Shown here in pieces: positions 40,576 to 50,538 of a stretch of 64,000 bases of DNA; the stretch's first letter is position 1, and each line of letters opens with the position of its first letter. This stretch comes from Pyrinomonadaceae bacterium (GTDB lineage Bacteria; Acidobacteriota; Blastocatellia; Pyrinomonadales; Pyrinomonadaceae). The notes beneath the pieces were generated by a model, which was given only the letters and a program-made list of their open reading frames with translations, made no database searches and was not told where the DNA came from. A program made the translations under genes and the position numbers. Location of the stretch: the NCBI GenBank assembly GCA_025054715.1, contig JANWYH010000005.1, forward strand, positions 32,335-96,334, read 5' to 3'.

Positions 40576-41922
40576 TCATCTATCGTAGATTTCTACCTTT
40601 CCTTCGTAAGCCTCTGCAACGGTAAGACCATTGTTGTTCAAGAGAAAGACCTTGCTGAAATTTCTCTGTTTACCGACGTTGACTAATTTTTCAACCATTG
40701 CTTTCTTTTCACTATCGTTCAGAGTCTTCCATTTGTCTGTCACGACACCAATCAAAAGCTCATTACTTATTCTACCTGCTTTCAGATAACCTTGGAATTC
40801 CGTGTTTTCAATTTGAAATATCTCGACATTCTTCTTCGTCACGCCGCTCATCCCGAATTCTACATAGACGTAAAGCGCCAAGGCCAAACCAATCGTTAGA
40901 AATAAAACCACCAGTAACCATTTGTTTGTGATAGTAAAGGAAAAACTCGGGATAAATGGAGTAATTTCCTGCTTTTTCTTTTCTTTCTTAGGTTTTTTCT
41001 TAACCAGAATTTCCGTTTGTGTCTCAGGTTCTGAAAACCTTACTACTTCTTCCCTTTTTGCATCCACAATATCAGCAACGTTAAAAGTTTTAGCTATTGC
41101 TTCAGATAAAATATCGTCAATAGAAGCACCGTATCTTGACTTTACAGCTTCTGCACCAAGCACTTCTTTTTCACGCAAAACAAGCTCGACACAATGGTTC
41201 CCAAAAGAAACATTACAATCCACAGAAGCGGCCAATACGTAAGGAGCTAGAAATTCTTCTCCCAAGCTTGCTTTGAAATTTAGAAGTTCGCTATGAATGC
41301 CACTTTGAAGCAGCTCTCCGAGAGTATTGAAATTTTTAGCTCTTTCAACAAATTCTCTAAATCTTGCTAGAACCTCGTCCTTTTGCTCAGAAAATAAAGG
41401 AGCATTTGCCCATTCTTTGTAAAAGCCTTCAAATTTCATTCTTATTTCATCAGTCGAAGCTACAAGCTCACGGCTCTTATTCCAAGTTTGCGTGCTAAAA
41501 AGTTTTGTTACCAATACATCCAACTTAGAACGGATATGTTCGGAGAAAGGTAATCCAGTGTAGAACCTAATCAGGGAAACTAAAGCCTGAGGACTTAAAG
41601 GTGGTTTTGAATTCTCGCAGTATAATCTAAATTCGGAGGGCATGATTTTCTTGTCTCTTTGCGCCAAGGATAAATACCAAAGCTCTATTTGCTCTTCTAT
41701 TTTTTCCTCGATTTCTGATGTTTTTTCCCTGTTTTCGGACTGAATCGCTTTCGAAAAGTCATGCAGAATGCTTTTTAGCTGTGATACATTAAACCTTTCG
41801 TCAGAATTAGCCCCTTTGCCCTTCTCTATACTAGAAAAGATATAATCAACTAGCTGGAGAGAGCTTACCTCGCTTTCAAAATCGCGATAAGACTTTTCCA
41901 TATTTTGATAACCATCAAACAT
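40576..41922 (-). CDS. Hypothetical single-pass membrane protein
   Basis: 448-aa ORF starting 10 nt downstream of the pilin gene. It has a Lys-rich stretch (KKKPKKEKKKQE), then one TM helix (WLLVVLFLTIGLALALYVYV) and a ~95-aa C-terminal domain. No recognisable family. Confidence 0.6.
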   Translation of the reverse strand: MFDGYQNMEKSYRDFESEVSSLQLVDYIFSSIEKGKGANSDERFNVSQLKSILHDFSKAIQSENREKTSEIEEKIEEQIELWYLSLAQRDKKIMPSEFRLYCENSKPPLSPQALVSLIRFYTGLPFSEHIRSKLDVLVTKLFSTQTWNKSRELVASTDEIRMKFEGFYKEWANAPLFSEQKDEVLARFREFVERAKNFNTLGELLQSGIHSELLNFKASLGEEFLAPYVLAASVDCNVSFGNHCVELVLREKEVLGAEAVKSRYGASIDDILSEAIAKTFNVADIVDAKREEVVRFSEPETQTEILVKKKPKKEKKKQEITPFIPSFSFTITNKWLLVVLFLTIGLALALYVYVEFGMSGVTKKNVEIFQIENTEFQGYLKAGRISNELLIGVVTDKWKTLNDSEKKAMVEKLVNVGKQRNFSKVFLLNNNGLTVAEAYEGKVEIYDR

Positions 41923-41931
41923 CTTTTCTCT

Positions 41932-42345
41932 TCACGGCATAATTTCAGTTATTTGTCCTGTATGGTTTCCTGAGATTGTATATGGCAAATCAATACCGCC
42001 GGGCTTTGACGCAACAATGGTAAATTCATTTCTTAGTTGCGAATCGGTCGGATTTACAGGAACCATCTGAAACGTAAAACTACCACGGTAAAGAGTGTTT
42101 CCCGATATTTCACCGAGTCCACCGCCTTGGTGAGCATTCAATTCATCAAGCCTAGCAAACCTTGCGTTCTGAGAGTAATAACTAAACTCAGCAGATATGA
42201 TAGTTCTCATAGTAGCGTAGGCATTTGCATTCTCCGCAGCACTTCTTGCCCTACGCAAGAACGGAAAAACTATCACGGCTAGTATCCCTAAAATTACCAA
42301 AACTATTAAAAGCTCGACCAAAGAAAACCCCTTCTCTTTTCTCAT
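41932..42345 (-). CDS. Type IV pilin / pseudopilin with prepilin-type N-terminal cleavage-methylation motif
   Basis: The ATG at 42345, preceded by AGGAAGGAG, gives MRKEKG|FSLVELLIVLVILGILAVIV (G-1, F+1, E+5). The ORF track start at 42408 adds 21 unlikely residues. Confidence 0.85.
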   Translation of the reverse strand: MRKEKGFSLVELLIVLVILGILAVIVFPFLRRARSAAENANAYATMRTIISAEFSYYSQNARFARLDELNAHQGGGLGEISGNTLYRGSFTFQMVPVNPTDSQLRNEFTIVASKPGGIDLPYTISGNHTGQITEIMP

Positions 42346-42626
42346 CTTTCTATTTCTCCTTCCTAAAAAATGACACTTTTTGGCACCTAAACTGACAAAT
42401 ATCTGCACTAAGCTTTTCTGAGATTTCGCAAAAAATCATTGATTTTCAAAATTTTTCAAATAATGCAAGGCTTCATTAAATTTCTCCAATTCACCTTTGG
42501 CAAATCTTATGCCAAAAAATTTCGTTTATACGCGGAAAATAATTGTTGATGAAGATTTCATTTTTTGCTAAATTTTTGCTATTCATATAAGTTTTAGGCA
42601 ATAATTCCAAGTTTGGGGTAGTTGAA

Positions 42627-44555
42627 TTGACAGCAGTCATCGAACAGATAACAGAAAAGTACGGGATCGAAAATTGGGGAGCAGGCTACTTCAGCATAAA
42701 TCGAAAAGGCAATCTAGTTGTTCACGCTTCAGAAGGCGATACTCGTGGAGCCGATTTGAAGGAAATTGTAGATGATTTAAGAAAACGTGGCATAAATCCT
42801 CCTATATTGCTTCGCTTTCCTCAGTTAATTGTTTCTCAGATTCGTCGCCTTCAAAGAGCTTTCAAAAATTCAATAAAAGAATACGAATACAAGGGTAAGC
42901 ACGTTTGCGTTTATCCGATGAAGGTTAACCAAAACCGAGCAGTCGTAGAAGAATACCTTAAAGAAGGCTCTAAATACGACTTTGGACTTGAAGCAGGTTC
43001 AAAAGCAGAGCTATACGCAGCCTTAGCAATGGAGCAGTCCGAAGATTCGCTTCTAGTCGTAAACGGCTTTAAGGATGAGGAATTCATACAACTTGCCTTC
43101 ACTGGAGCAAGAATCGGCAAAAGAGTCTTCATAGTAATAGAAAAACTAAGCGAGTTAGATATAACTTTGAAGCTCGCCAACGAAATCAAGCGTAAGTACC
43201 CACACGCAAGCCTTCCAATGTTAGGCATCAGAGTAAAGCTCTACTCGAAAGGCTCTGGAAAATGGGAAAAATCTGGTGGCGAAGCGGCAAAGTTCGGTTT
43301 GACTACAACAGAAATTCTAGAGGTTATAAGACGACTTGAAAAGGCAGGACAGAGCAATTTATTGAGACTACTCCATTTTCACATAGGCTCACAGCTTACC
43401 GACATAAAACGCATAAAATCAGCAATGAGAGAAGCTGCCAGAGTCTATGCCAAAATACGTCAGATTGGACTTCCAATAGAATATCTAGACGTAGGTGGAG
43501 GAATGGCTGTCGACTATGATGGCTCAAAAACCTCTTTTGAATCATCGGCAAATTACAATGCTCAAGAGTTTGCAAACGACGTAATTTATTCAATAAAAAA
43601 TATTTGCGATGATGAAAACGTCCCCCACCCGAACATAATTCAAGAATCGGGGCGTTACATGGCAGCATATCATGCAATGTTGATAGTCAACGTCCAAGAC
43701 GAAATAGAAACCGTAGTAGAAGATTTTGCCGAACCGATAGTCGTTACCGAAGACGACCCACAAGTAGTTAAGGAGCTATATGATTTAAGGGAACATATAA
43801 ACGCTAAGAATTACCAAGAATACTACCATGACGCACTAGAAAATCGCGAAGAATTATTTACAATGTTCAATCTAGGTTTAATCTCACTTGAAGATAGAGG
43901 CAAGGGTGAAGTTCTTTTCTGGGATATCTGCGAAAAGGCTGATTATTTCGCTCAAAAGAAAAAATATGTTTCGGAAGAATTCGATGAGTTAAGGCGCCTT
44001 CTTTGTGCCAAATACTTAACAAATTTTTCGGTTTTTCGCTCTGTTCCTGATAACTGGGCTTTAGAGCAACTTTTCCCTATAGTTCCCATACATAAACTAA
44101 ACAAAAAACCGACTGAGTATGCTACTCTTTGCGATATAACTTGTGACTCCGATGGAATAATTGAAAAATTCGTTGATCTTCATGATGTAAAGCGAGTTCT
44201 CGAGCTACATGAACTCGAAAAAGGAGAGCCCTACTATCTTGCAATATTACTTATAGGCGCTTACCAAGAAGTCATGGGTAATAATCATAATCTTTTCGGT
44301 TTCCCGCACGAAGCCCATATCCACATTGACGAAGACGGATATATAATTAAAAAAGTGCTACATGGTTCAACATTAGCAGACATGTTAACCCAAGCCCGAT
44401 ATGACATTGCGCACCTACAGGAAAATTTCCGCCGTTATGTTGAGAAAAAAGTTAAGGAAGAGGAGCTTTCAAAAAAGGAAGCAAATGAACTAATAGAGCT
44501 TTACGAAAAAAAAGCAAATTCTTACACTTATTTGCTACCAAACTATCAGAAATAA
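42627..44555 (+). CDS. speA: Biosynthetic arginine decarboxylase
   Basis: 642 aa with the PLP-lysine region VYPMKVN, HFHIGSQ, and the C-terminal ...GAYQEVMGNNHNLFG motif typical of SpeA. TTG start. Confidence 0.92.
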   Translation: MTAVIEQITEKYGIENWGAGYFSINRKGNLVVHASEGDTRGADLKEIVDDLRKRGINPPILLRFPQLIVSQIRRLQRAFKNSIKEYEYKGKHVCVYPMKVNQNRAVVEEYLKEGSKYDFGLEAGSKAELYAALAMEQSEDSLLVVNGFKDEEFIQLAFTGARIGKRVFIVIEKLSELDITLKLANEIKRKYPHASLPMLGIRVKLYSKGSGKWEKSGGEAAKFGLTTTEILEVIRRLEKAGQSNLLRLLHFHIGSQLTDIKRIKSAMREAARVYAKIRQIGLPIEYLDVGGGMAVDYDGSKTSFESSANYNAQEFANDVIYSIKNICDDENVPHPNIIQESGRYMAAYHAMLIVNVQDEIETVVEDFAEPIVVTEDDPQVVKELYDLREHINAKNYQEYYHDALENREELFTMFNLGLISLEDRGKGEVLFWDICEKADYFAQKKKYVSEEFDELRRLLCAKYLTNFSVFRSVPDNWALEQLFPIVPIHKLNKKPTEYATLCDITCDSDGIIEKFVDLHDVKRVLELHELEKGEPYYLAILLIGAYQEVMGNNHNLFGFPHEAHIHIDEDGYIIKKVLHGSTLADMLTQARYDIAHLQENFRRYVEKKVKEEELSKKEANELIELYEKKANSYTYLLPNYQK

Positions 44556-44568
44556 TTTTGGAGAACCT

Positions 44569-45627
44569 ATGATGCAGAAAAAAGCAAAACTATCGAAATT
44601 TCTGACTGTTCCAATTCAGCCTATCCCAATCGATCGAGACCGCTCCGTTGCTGGACTACTAGAAAAAATGGAAAGTGCCGGATTTGGGGCTAAGCAAATC
44701 GCTGAAGCTCATAGAATTTGGCTGGACATGCTTGACGATAACACTACCATATACCTTTGCGCCTCCGGTAATCTCATACCTGCAGGCATGAGAAGGCTAC
44801 TAGCATATGTAATTAAAAACCGTTTTGTTGACGTTTTAATTGTTTCAGGAAAAATCCTTTTTCACGATATACATGAAACGTTGGGGAGAAATCACTATCA
44901 AGCCCATCCGTCAATGTCCGATGAAGAACTCGAAGTTAACGAGGTTTACAGAGTTGGTAATGTCCTTGCTAACCTTGATGAATATCGAGAAGCCGACGAA
45001 TGGATTGGTAGCGTGATAAACCAGCTTGACTTGAGTCGCTCATATACCGTCAGAGAATTTCTTCACGTTTTAGGGAGAGAACTGTCCGAAATTGCAAATG
45101 AGGACGGCATACTAACTTCAGCTTTTAAGGCACGCGTTCCTGTCTTTTGCCCTGACATTTCGGGAAGTGAACTTGCTGTAGGTATAGCACGCGAACGCTT
45201 CGAGAAGAAAAATCACATTTATTTCGATACGGCTCAAGACACTATTGATTTAATGCTAATAGCCCAAAGAGCTAGAAATTCAGGACTAATAGCTTTGGGA
45301 AGCACTAACAGTCAAGAAATGCTTGCAATAGCTGATTTTTCCTCGTATCTAAACCGCATAAACGTTCGAGGGCATAAATATGCAATCTCGATCGTAACAG
45401 ATGGGTTTACGATGGATACTAGAACTCCCTCAATCAATGCAAGTTACAAAACCGTATTCGGCAAGCTAGCAAAGGGAGCGCTGACCGCCTATGTTCCATG
45501 CGACCCGTCCATAGCTCTTCCATTGATAATCACAGCAATGTCGCAAACAGCTGCCAAATACATGAAAGCTCGTAAACGTCCCTCTTTTTCATTCGCAGGA
45601 AAAGAACTAACCATTGAAATTCCATAA
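44569..45627 (+). CDS. Deoxyhypusine synthase-like protein (candidate homospermidine synthase)
   Basis: 352 aa. The N-terminal half (FGAKQIAEAHRIWLDML...TIYLCASGNLIPAGMRRLLAYVIKNRFVDVLIVSG) resembles the DHS family Rossmann core. The gene sits between speA and speB. Confidence 0.7.
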   Translation: MMQKKAKLSKFLTVPIQPIPIDRDRSVAGLLEKMESAGFGAKQIAEAHRIWLDMLDDNTTIYLCASGNLIPAGMRRLLAYVIKNRFVDVLIVSGKILFHDIHETLGRNHYQAHPSMSDEELEVNEVYRVGNVLANLDEYREADEWIGSVINQLDLSRSYTVREFLHVLGRELSEIANEDGILTSAFKARVPVFCPDISGSELAVGIARERFEKKNHIYFDTAQDTIDLMLIAQRARNSGLIALGSTNSQEMLAIADFSSYLNRINVRGHKYAISIVTDGFTMDTRTPSINASYKTVFGKLAKGALTAYVPCDPSIALPLIITAMSQTAAKYMKARKRPSFSFAGKELTIEIP

Positions 45628-45632
45628 AAACT

Positions 45633-46544
45633 ATGACAGAATCGGCAAATTTACCAATGATTTTCGGCGGAATAGATGATGAACGATACTCAAACTTTGA
45701 TAGCGCACGCGTTCTTATATTACCAGTGTCCTACGAAGGAACGGTCTCGTACGGAAAAGGAACGGGAAAAGGTGCCATGGCTATAATTGATGCCTCAAGA
45801 AATATGGAGCTCTACGAAGAAGAAACGGATGCCGAAGTTTATAAAATCGGGATTCATACACTTGAGGAATTCAAGCCACGAACCTCACCTGACTCAATGA
45901 TGGCAGACCTTTACGAATACTCAAAGAAAATACTTGAGTCAAATAAATTCCTGTGCACGCTCGGAGGCGAACACTCCATAAGCGCTCCTATAATCAAAGC
46001 ACATGCAGAAAGATACCACAACTTAAGTGTCCTTCAAATAGATGCTCACGCAGACCTTAGAGATACCTACGATGGAACACCACATTCACATGCTTGCATA
46101 ATGGCACGTGTTGTAAAAGACCTCAAGATACCGGCCGTGCAAGTAGGCATCCGTTCACTTTCGGCTGAAGAAGCAAGAAGTCTCAAAGACTTACCTCATA
46201 CAAAGATTTTCTGGGCTAAAGACATAGTTGGCAAAACCGACTGGATCGAAAATGCAATAGGTGCGCTCACCGAAAATGTCTATCTTACGATTGATATAGA
46301 CGGCCTAGACCCAAGTCTCGTTCCAACAACCGGCACTCCTGAACCCGGCGGACTAGGATGGTATGAAACACTTGCATTGATTAGAAAGTTGGCTAGTGAA
46401 AGAAAAGTCGTAGGAATGGATTTGGTGGAGTTTTCTAAAGTAGACTCTCTAGATGCGCCAGCCTTTTTATGCGCAAAACTCATTTACAAATCTCTTGCAT
46501 ACATATTTTCTTCGGAAACACCTAAGGTTTGCAGAGAAATATAA
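45633..46544 (+). CDS. speB: Agmatinase (ureohydrolase family)
   Basis: 303 aa. The Mn-binding motifs GGEHSIS, DAHADLRD and DIDGLDP are present. Confidence 0.9.
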   Translation: MTESANLPMIFGGIDDERYSNFDSARVLILPVSYEGTVSYGKGTGKGAMAIIDASRNMELYEEETDAEVYKIGIHTLEEFKPRTSPDSMMADLYEYSKKILESNKFLCTLGGEHSISAPIIKAHAERYHNLSVLQIDAHADLRDTYDGTPHSHACIMARVVKDLKIPAVQVGIRSLSAEEARSLKDLPHTKIFWAKDIVGKTDWIENAIGALTENVYLTIDIDGLDPSLVPTTGTPEPGGLGWYETLALIRKLASERKVVGMDLVEFSKVDSLDAPAFLCAKLIYKSLAYIFSSETPKVCREI

Positions 46545-46570
46545 ACGGAGAGGCTATAAAGCCCTCCGTT
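46544..46570. terminator. Hairpin between convergent speB and htrA (possible bidirectional terminator)
   Basis: aacggag(a)ggc-tataaa-gccctccgtt forms a 7+3 bp stem with a 1-nt bulge. A U-rich tract follows only on the minus-strand side (uuauauuucucu). Confidence 0.4.
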
Positions 46571-46579
46571 TAGAGAAAA

Positions 46580-48046
46580 CTACTCGCCTGGTTGAATGGT
46601 GACATAAAATGTTTGATCTCCTCTTGCTACCAATAAGACAAGCGGTTTGTTGCCTGCCCTTTCTAACACAGCTTCAACATCTTCAAATTTTTCTACTGGT
46701 TGGCGATTTATGGAAATTATCACATCGCCTCGCTGAATACCCTCTTCGGCAGCAGGTCCAGAAGGATCAACACCAGTTACCAGCATCCCCTTCGTGTTGG
46801 GCGGAAGTTGAAGCCGCTTTGCCATTTCAGACGTTAAAGGTTGAAGTTCCAGTCCGAGTTTACCTCTACTTGCTGATTTTTTCTGTCCTGAGTCACTTTG
46901 ATTGCTTCCTTGCAAATTGTCCTGTAGCTCATCCAAAACTGCTTTTACTTCAATTTCCTTACCATCGCGCACAATCGTTAAGGTAACCTCCGTGCCCGGC
47001 ATAGTTTCTGCCACTTTATTTCTCAAAGCATTTGTATCTTCAATTCTTTCACCGTTAAAAGCTACTATTACATCGTCGCGTTTGATACCGGCACGTTCAG
47101 CGGCGCTACCTGGTCGGACTTGACTTACAAGAGCCCCCTTTGTATCTTTGAGCCCAAATTGCTCTTTTATCGCTTCGTTGATCGGCTGAATTATAACTCC
47201 TAATTGACCGCGCCTCACTTTTCCTGTCTTTATAAGTTGCTCCATTACAGACTTTGCCATGTTTGATGGAATGGCGAAGCCTATGCCTATATTGCCACCA
47301 GAAGGAGAGAGAATTTGCGAATTTATGCCGATTAACTCGCCGTTTAAGTTTATGAGTGCGCCCCCTGAGTTCCCTCGATTTATCGGAGCATCCGTTTGAA
47401 GAAAATTCTCAAAGCTATCGGAAAGCCCCGTTCTTCTGCCCTTTGCGCTAATGATACCTGCCGTTACGGTCTGACCTATACCTAAAGGATTTCCTATGGC
47501 TAAAACAATATCTCCCACGCGAACACGATCAGAATCACCGAGCGTAAGAAATGGAAGGTTGCTAGCTTCTATTTTCAAAACTGCCAAATCGCTTAATCTA
47601 TCAGTTCCTACTACTTTTGCTTGAAAAGTTCTCTTATCGGTAAGTTCTACCGTTATCCTCTCGGCTCCTTCAATAACGTGATTATTCGTTAAAATGTAAC
47701 CATCTGGGCTTACGATAACACCAGAACCTACTCCTCTCTGAACCCTAGGTCTTTGTTGTGGAACCGGCAGTCCAAAATCCCTAAAAAAATCATCTCCAAA
47801 AGGAAAGCCTCCTAGTGAACTAACCTTCTGCTCAGTGCTTACATTCACGACGGCTGGCGCTGCCTTTTCAACTATGTCCGCATAAGTAGTGCGGGTACCA
47901 TCAGCCAAAATAATCGGCGAAGAAGACTGTGCTTGAACTTGGTTTGACGGCGAATCGCTTTTACACCCTTGAAAAAAGATGGAAAAGGAAAAAATAAATA
48001 AAAACCATCTTAGAAGTCTCATAAATCTAATTCTCCATCTCAACAT
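46580..48046 (-). CDS. htrA: Do/DegP/HtrA family periplasmic serine endoprotease with two PDZ domains
   Basis: 488 aa with the catalytic triad context TNNHV...D...GNSGGALIN and two PDZ-like segments. The N-terminal signal has an FFQGC lipobox-like motif. The start may be the Met at 48022. Confidence 0.9.
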   Translation of the reverse strand: MLRWRIRFMRLLRWFLFIFSFSIFFQGCKSDSPSNQVQAQSSSPIILADGTRTTYADIVEKAAPAVVNVSTEQKVSSLGGFPFGDDFFRDFGLPVPQQRPRVQRGVGSGVIVSPDGYILTNNHVIEGAERITVELTDKRTFQAKVVGTDRLSDLAVLKIEASNLPFLTLGDSDRVRVGDIVLAIGNPLGIGQTVTAGIISAKGRRTGLSDSFENFLQTDAPINRGNSGGALINLNGELIGINSQILSPSGGNIGIGFAIPSNMAKSVMEQLIKTGKVRRGQLGVIIQPINEAIKEQFGLKDTKGALVSQVRPGSAAERAGIKRDDVIVAFNGERIEDTNALRNKVAETMPGTEVTLTIVRDGKEIEVKAVLDELQDNLQGSNQSDSGQKKSASRGKLGLELQPLTSEMAKRLQLPPNTKGMLVTGVDPSGPAAEEGIQRGDVIISINRQPVEKFEDVEAVLERAGNKPLVLLVARGDQTFYVTIQPGE

Positions 48047-48151
48047 TTCTCTGAAAATATTTTAGAACAATTTACCTTCTACAAAAAACTTTTTCACAAT
48101 TTCTGAAAGCCAAACTGCCAACAAGTTAGCTTACTCTACTTCGGCTTTTCA

Positions 48152-48160
48152 TGTTATAAT
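48152..48160 (+). promoter_or_regulatory. Extended -10 promoter element (TGtTATAAT) upstream of the J-domain gene
   Basis: tgttataat at 48152-48160 sits 18-36 nt upstream of the candidate starts. No good -35 element was seen. Confidence 0.35.
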
Positions 48161-48195
48161 CAAGGTGCTTTTACTCGTTGAAACTGGCAAAAAAG

Positions 48196-48993
48196 ATGAT
48201 AAACTACTACAAAGTCCTAAGAGTGCCCCCAAATGCAACAGATGCTGAGATAAAACGCGCCTATAGACGACTTGCCAAAAAGTATCATCCGGATTTACAC
48301 GGCGGCTCAGAAGAAGCAACCAAAAGATTTGCTCTTATAGTCGAAGCCTATGAAGTTCTCAGTAATCCACAAGAAAGGGCCTACTTTGACAAACAATTAG
48401 CAAAAGCTATTTACGGAGACGAGTCAAAAGGTTCAATATTCTCCTCCGACAACTATTATGCCCGAAAACTTCGCCAGATAGCTCTTGAAAAGCGCTACAA
48501 CCAGATAATAGATGAAATAATTAATGTCGAAAGAAAAGAAGTCCTAGCACTTCAGAAAATCATATTTCCGCTCGTTGGACTTTTCCTTTCGATTTTCTTC
48601 GTCGCAATCTTCAGACCTAGATTTTTTGCAAATTCAAATCTTTTTACAAAAATTATTTTGTTTTCGCTTTTCATTACCGGAACAATTCACCTGTTAAGCA
48701 GATTGAAAGATGGTATTCAAAAATATACCTATAAGGAGAGACTACACGACTCGATTTTTGAAGAATTCAGCGAATCCCGTTCCTATTCACGCGCAACTGC
48801 GCTTATGTTTATTCTTTTCGGCATGGCTATCAGCGCAACTACGGGCGTTTTGATAGGCAACTATATAGAAATGTTTGTCTCTTCTTCGATGCCGGGGCTT
48901 TTTTCACCTACCTTTCAGTTTGAATTTATACTTTATCCGCCTATAATCGTTTTATTAGTTGATTTTATTCACTCATTCACTTCTAGAGATTGA
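48196..48993 (+). CDS. J-domain (DnaJ-like) membrane protein
   Basis: The N-terminus is YYKVLRVPPNATDAEIKRAYRRLAKKYHPDL (HPD motif), followed by several hydrophobic helices. The start is the ATG at 48196 or the TTG at 48178. Confidence 0.8.
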   Translation: MINYYKVLRVPPNATDAEIKRAYRRLAKKYHPDLHGGSEEATKRFALIVEAYEVLSNPQERAYFDKQLAKAIYGDESKGSIFSSDNYYARKLRQIALEKRYNQIIDEIINVERKEVLALQKIIFPLVGLFLSIFFVAIFRPRFFANSNLFTKIILFSLFITGTIHLLSRLKDGIQKYTYKERLHDSIFEEFSESRSYSRATALMFILFGMAISATTGVLIGNYIEMFVSSSMPGLFSPTFQFEFILYPPIIVLLVDFIHSFTSRD

Positions 48994-49015
48994 TCTTCTA
49001 TCAGGACAGTTTAGT

Positions 49016-49900
49016 ATGAATAAAAATTTTAAGGTTCTAATTGGATACGACGGTTCAAGTTTTGCAGATGCTGCAATAGATGATCTAAAAAATGCAGGAT
49101 TACCCGACAATACAGAGGTTATAGTTTTAACTATCGCAGAAGTTTGGCTCCCTCCACACGAGGAGGGAGAGGAAATTGAATTTACTACGGAAGAGCTCAG
49201 ACAAAGATTTGAAAAAAACTTGCAAATTTTGAAAGAAGCTGAAAGAAAAGCTCAACAAGCATCTGAAAGAATAAGGAGAAACTTTCCTGGTTGGACAGTT
49301 GAAGCAAAGGCAACATATGGCTCACCTGCATGGGAAATCCTATTTCTTGCAGAAAGCTTGAAACCAGATTTGATTATTCTAGGAGCACAAGGTGTGTCAG
49401 GATTGAAAGGAATTTTAATCGGTAGCGTGGCTCAAATTGTAGCTTCCGAAGCAAGCTGCTCAGTTCGTATTGCCCGCGGAAAAGTCGAAGTAGAAAACTC
49501 CGCTTTACGCCTTCTCCTAGGCTACGACGCTAGCAAAGGCGCCGAGCTTGCAGTAGAAAAAATATGCCAAAGAAAATGGACTGACAAAACAGAAGTAAAA
49601 CTTGTGGCTGTAAAAGATGAGCAAATTTTCTCAAGCCTTTTACGAGCAGAAAACCCTAATCTAGAAAATGCTGTAGAAGAAGCTGTCAAAAAACTTAAAA
49701 AATGCGGACTCGAGGCTTCCTCTGTTGTTTGCACTGGTAATCCAAAAAAGGTCTTAGTCGAGCAAGCACAACAATTCGCAGCCGACTGTATTTTTGTAGG
49801 AGCGACAAGCAATGAGAAAACCATTAAGCGCTATCTTCTGGGAAGTGTCGCATCTGCCATCATTGCAAGAGCAAATTGTTCAGTAGAGATTGTCAGGTAA
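49016..49900 (+). CDS. Tandem universal stress protein (UspA family)
   Basis: Two Usp-like halves are present: VLIGYDGS...LIILGAQG..GLKGILIGSVAQIV and LLLGYDAS...IFVGATS...RYLLGSVASAIIARANCSVEIV. The ATG at 49016 avoids overlap with the upstream gene. Confidence 0.8.
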   Translation: MNKNFKVLIGYDGSSFADAAIDDLKNAGLPDNTEVIVLTIAEVWLPPHEEGEEIEFTTEELRQRFEKNLQILKEAERKAQQASERIRRNFPGWTVEAKATYGSPAWEILFLAESLKPDLIILGAQGVSGLKGILIGSVAQIVASEASCSVRIARGKVEVENSALRLLLGYDASKGAELAVEKICQRKWTDKTEVKLVAVKDEQIFSSLLRAENPNLENAVEEAVKKLKKCGLEASSVVCTGNPKKVLVEQAQQFAADCIFVGATSNEKTIKRYLLGSVASAIIARANCSVEIVR

Positions 49901-50538
49901 ACTACTTCCCATCTGTAGAGGTTAGATTAGGAGTTTGTACTTTGTGCGGTGCCTTATCTCATCAGGTTCCTGTGCGGAGGCTGTTACGTATTACGTAGCC
50001 TCTAAAGGTACTTTTGCTAAAACTCTGAAATGGTGTAGCTAATCTCGTTCTAGCTCTTGTTAAGCCGTTTCTATGGTTGATCTTCTGACTTGAGTGTTCA
50101 TAAAAACTATTAACGAGCTGTTGTAGGTGACATGCATAAAAAGTAACTTAAAAGTGTTTTCCAGAACGCAGACATTTTTAGAGAAGAGACGATGACAAGC
50201 GATCAGAGCAACTGCGCATTTACCGGAAAGCAAATGAAACAAAGTCAAGAAACATCTGTGCTCAACTTGAGACTATATCCTCTGATGAATTCGCATCATC
50301 GAGATCTGTAGTTTTGTCGCTTTTATGAGAAAAAAGAAAAATCTCTATGTTATTTTCGCTTGTATTGCGAAGGTAAAAAGTACTTGGCGGCGTTGAAGAA
50401 ACTTGGGATTATTTATTCTGTAATTATTTCTAATATCAAGTCTTGCATTTTCATCGAAAAATGGGTAAAAATTGATAAGGCTGAAAAAGCTTTTCTTCAA
50501 GAGTACTTTTTCCACAATTTAGTTTTAATAGGAGAAAC

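Noticed and set aside
50340-50538. c-di-AMP (ydaO-type) riboswitch upstream of the NlpC/P60 gene.
   Set aside because: This is a common association in other phyla, but none of the conserved G-rich/ACCC-type core segments of that riboswitch are visible here.
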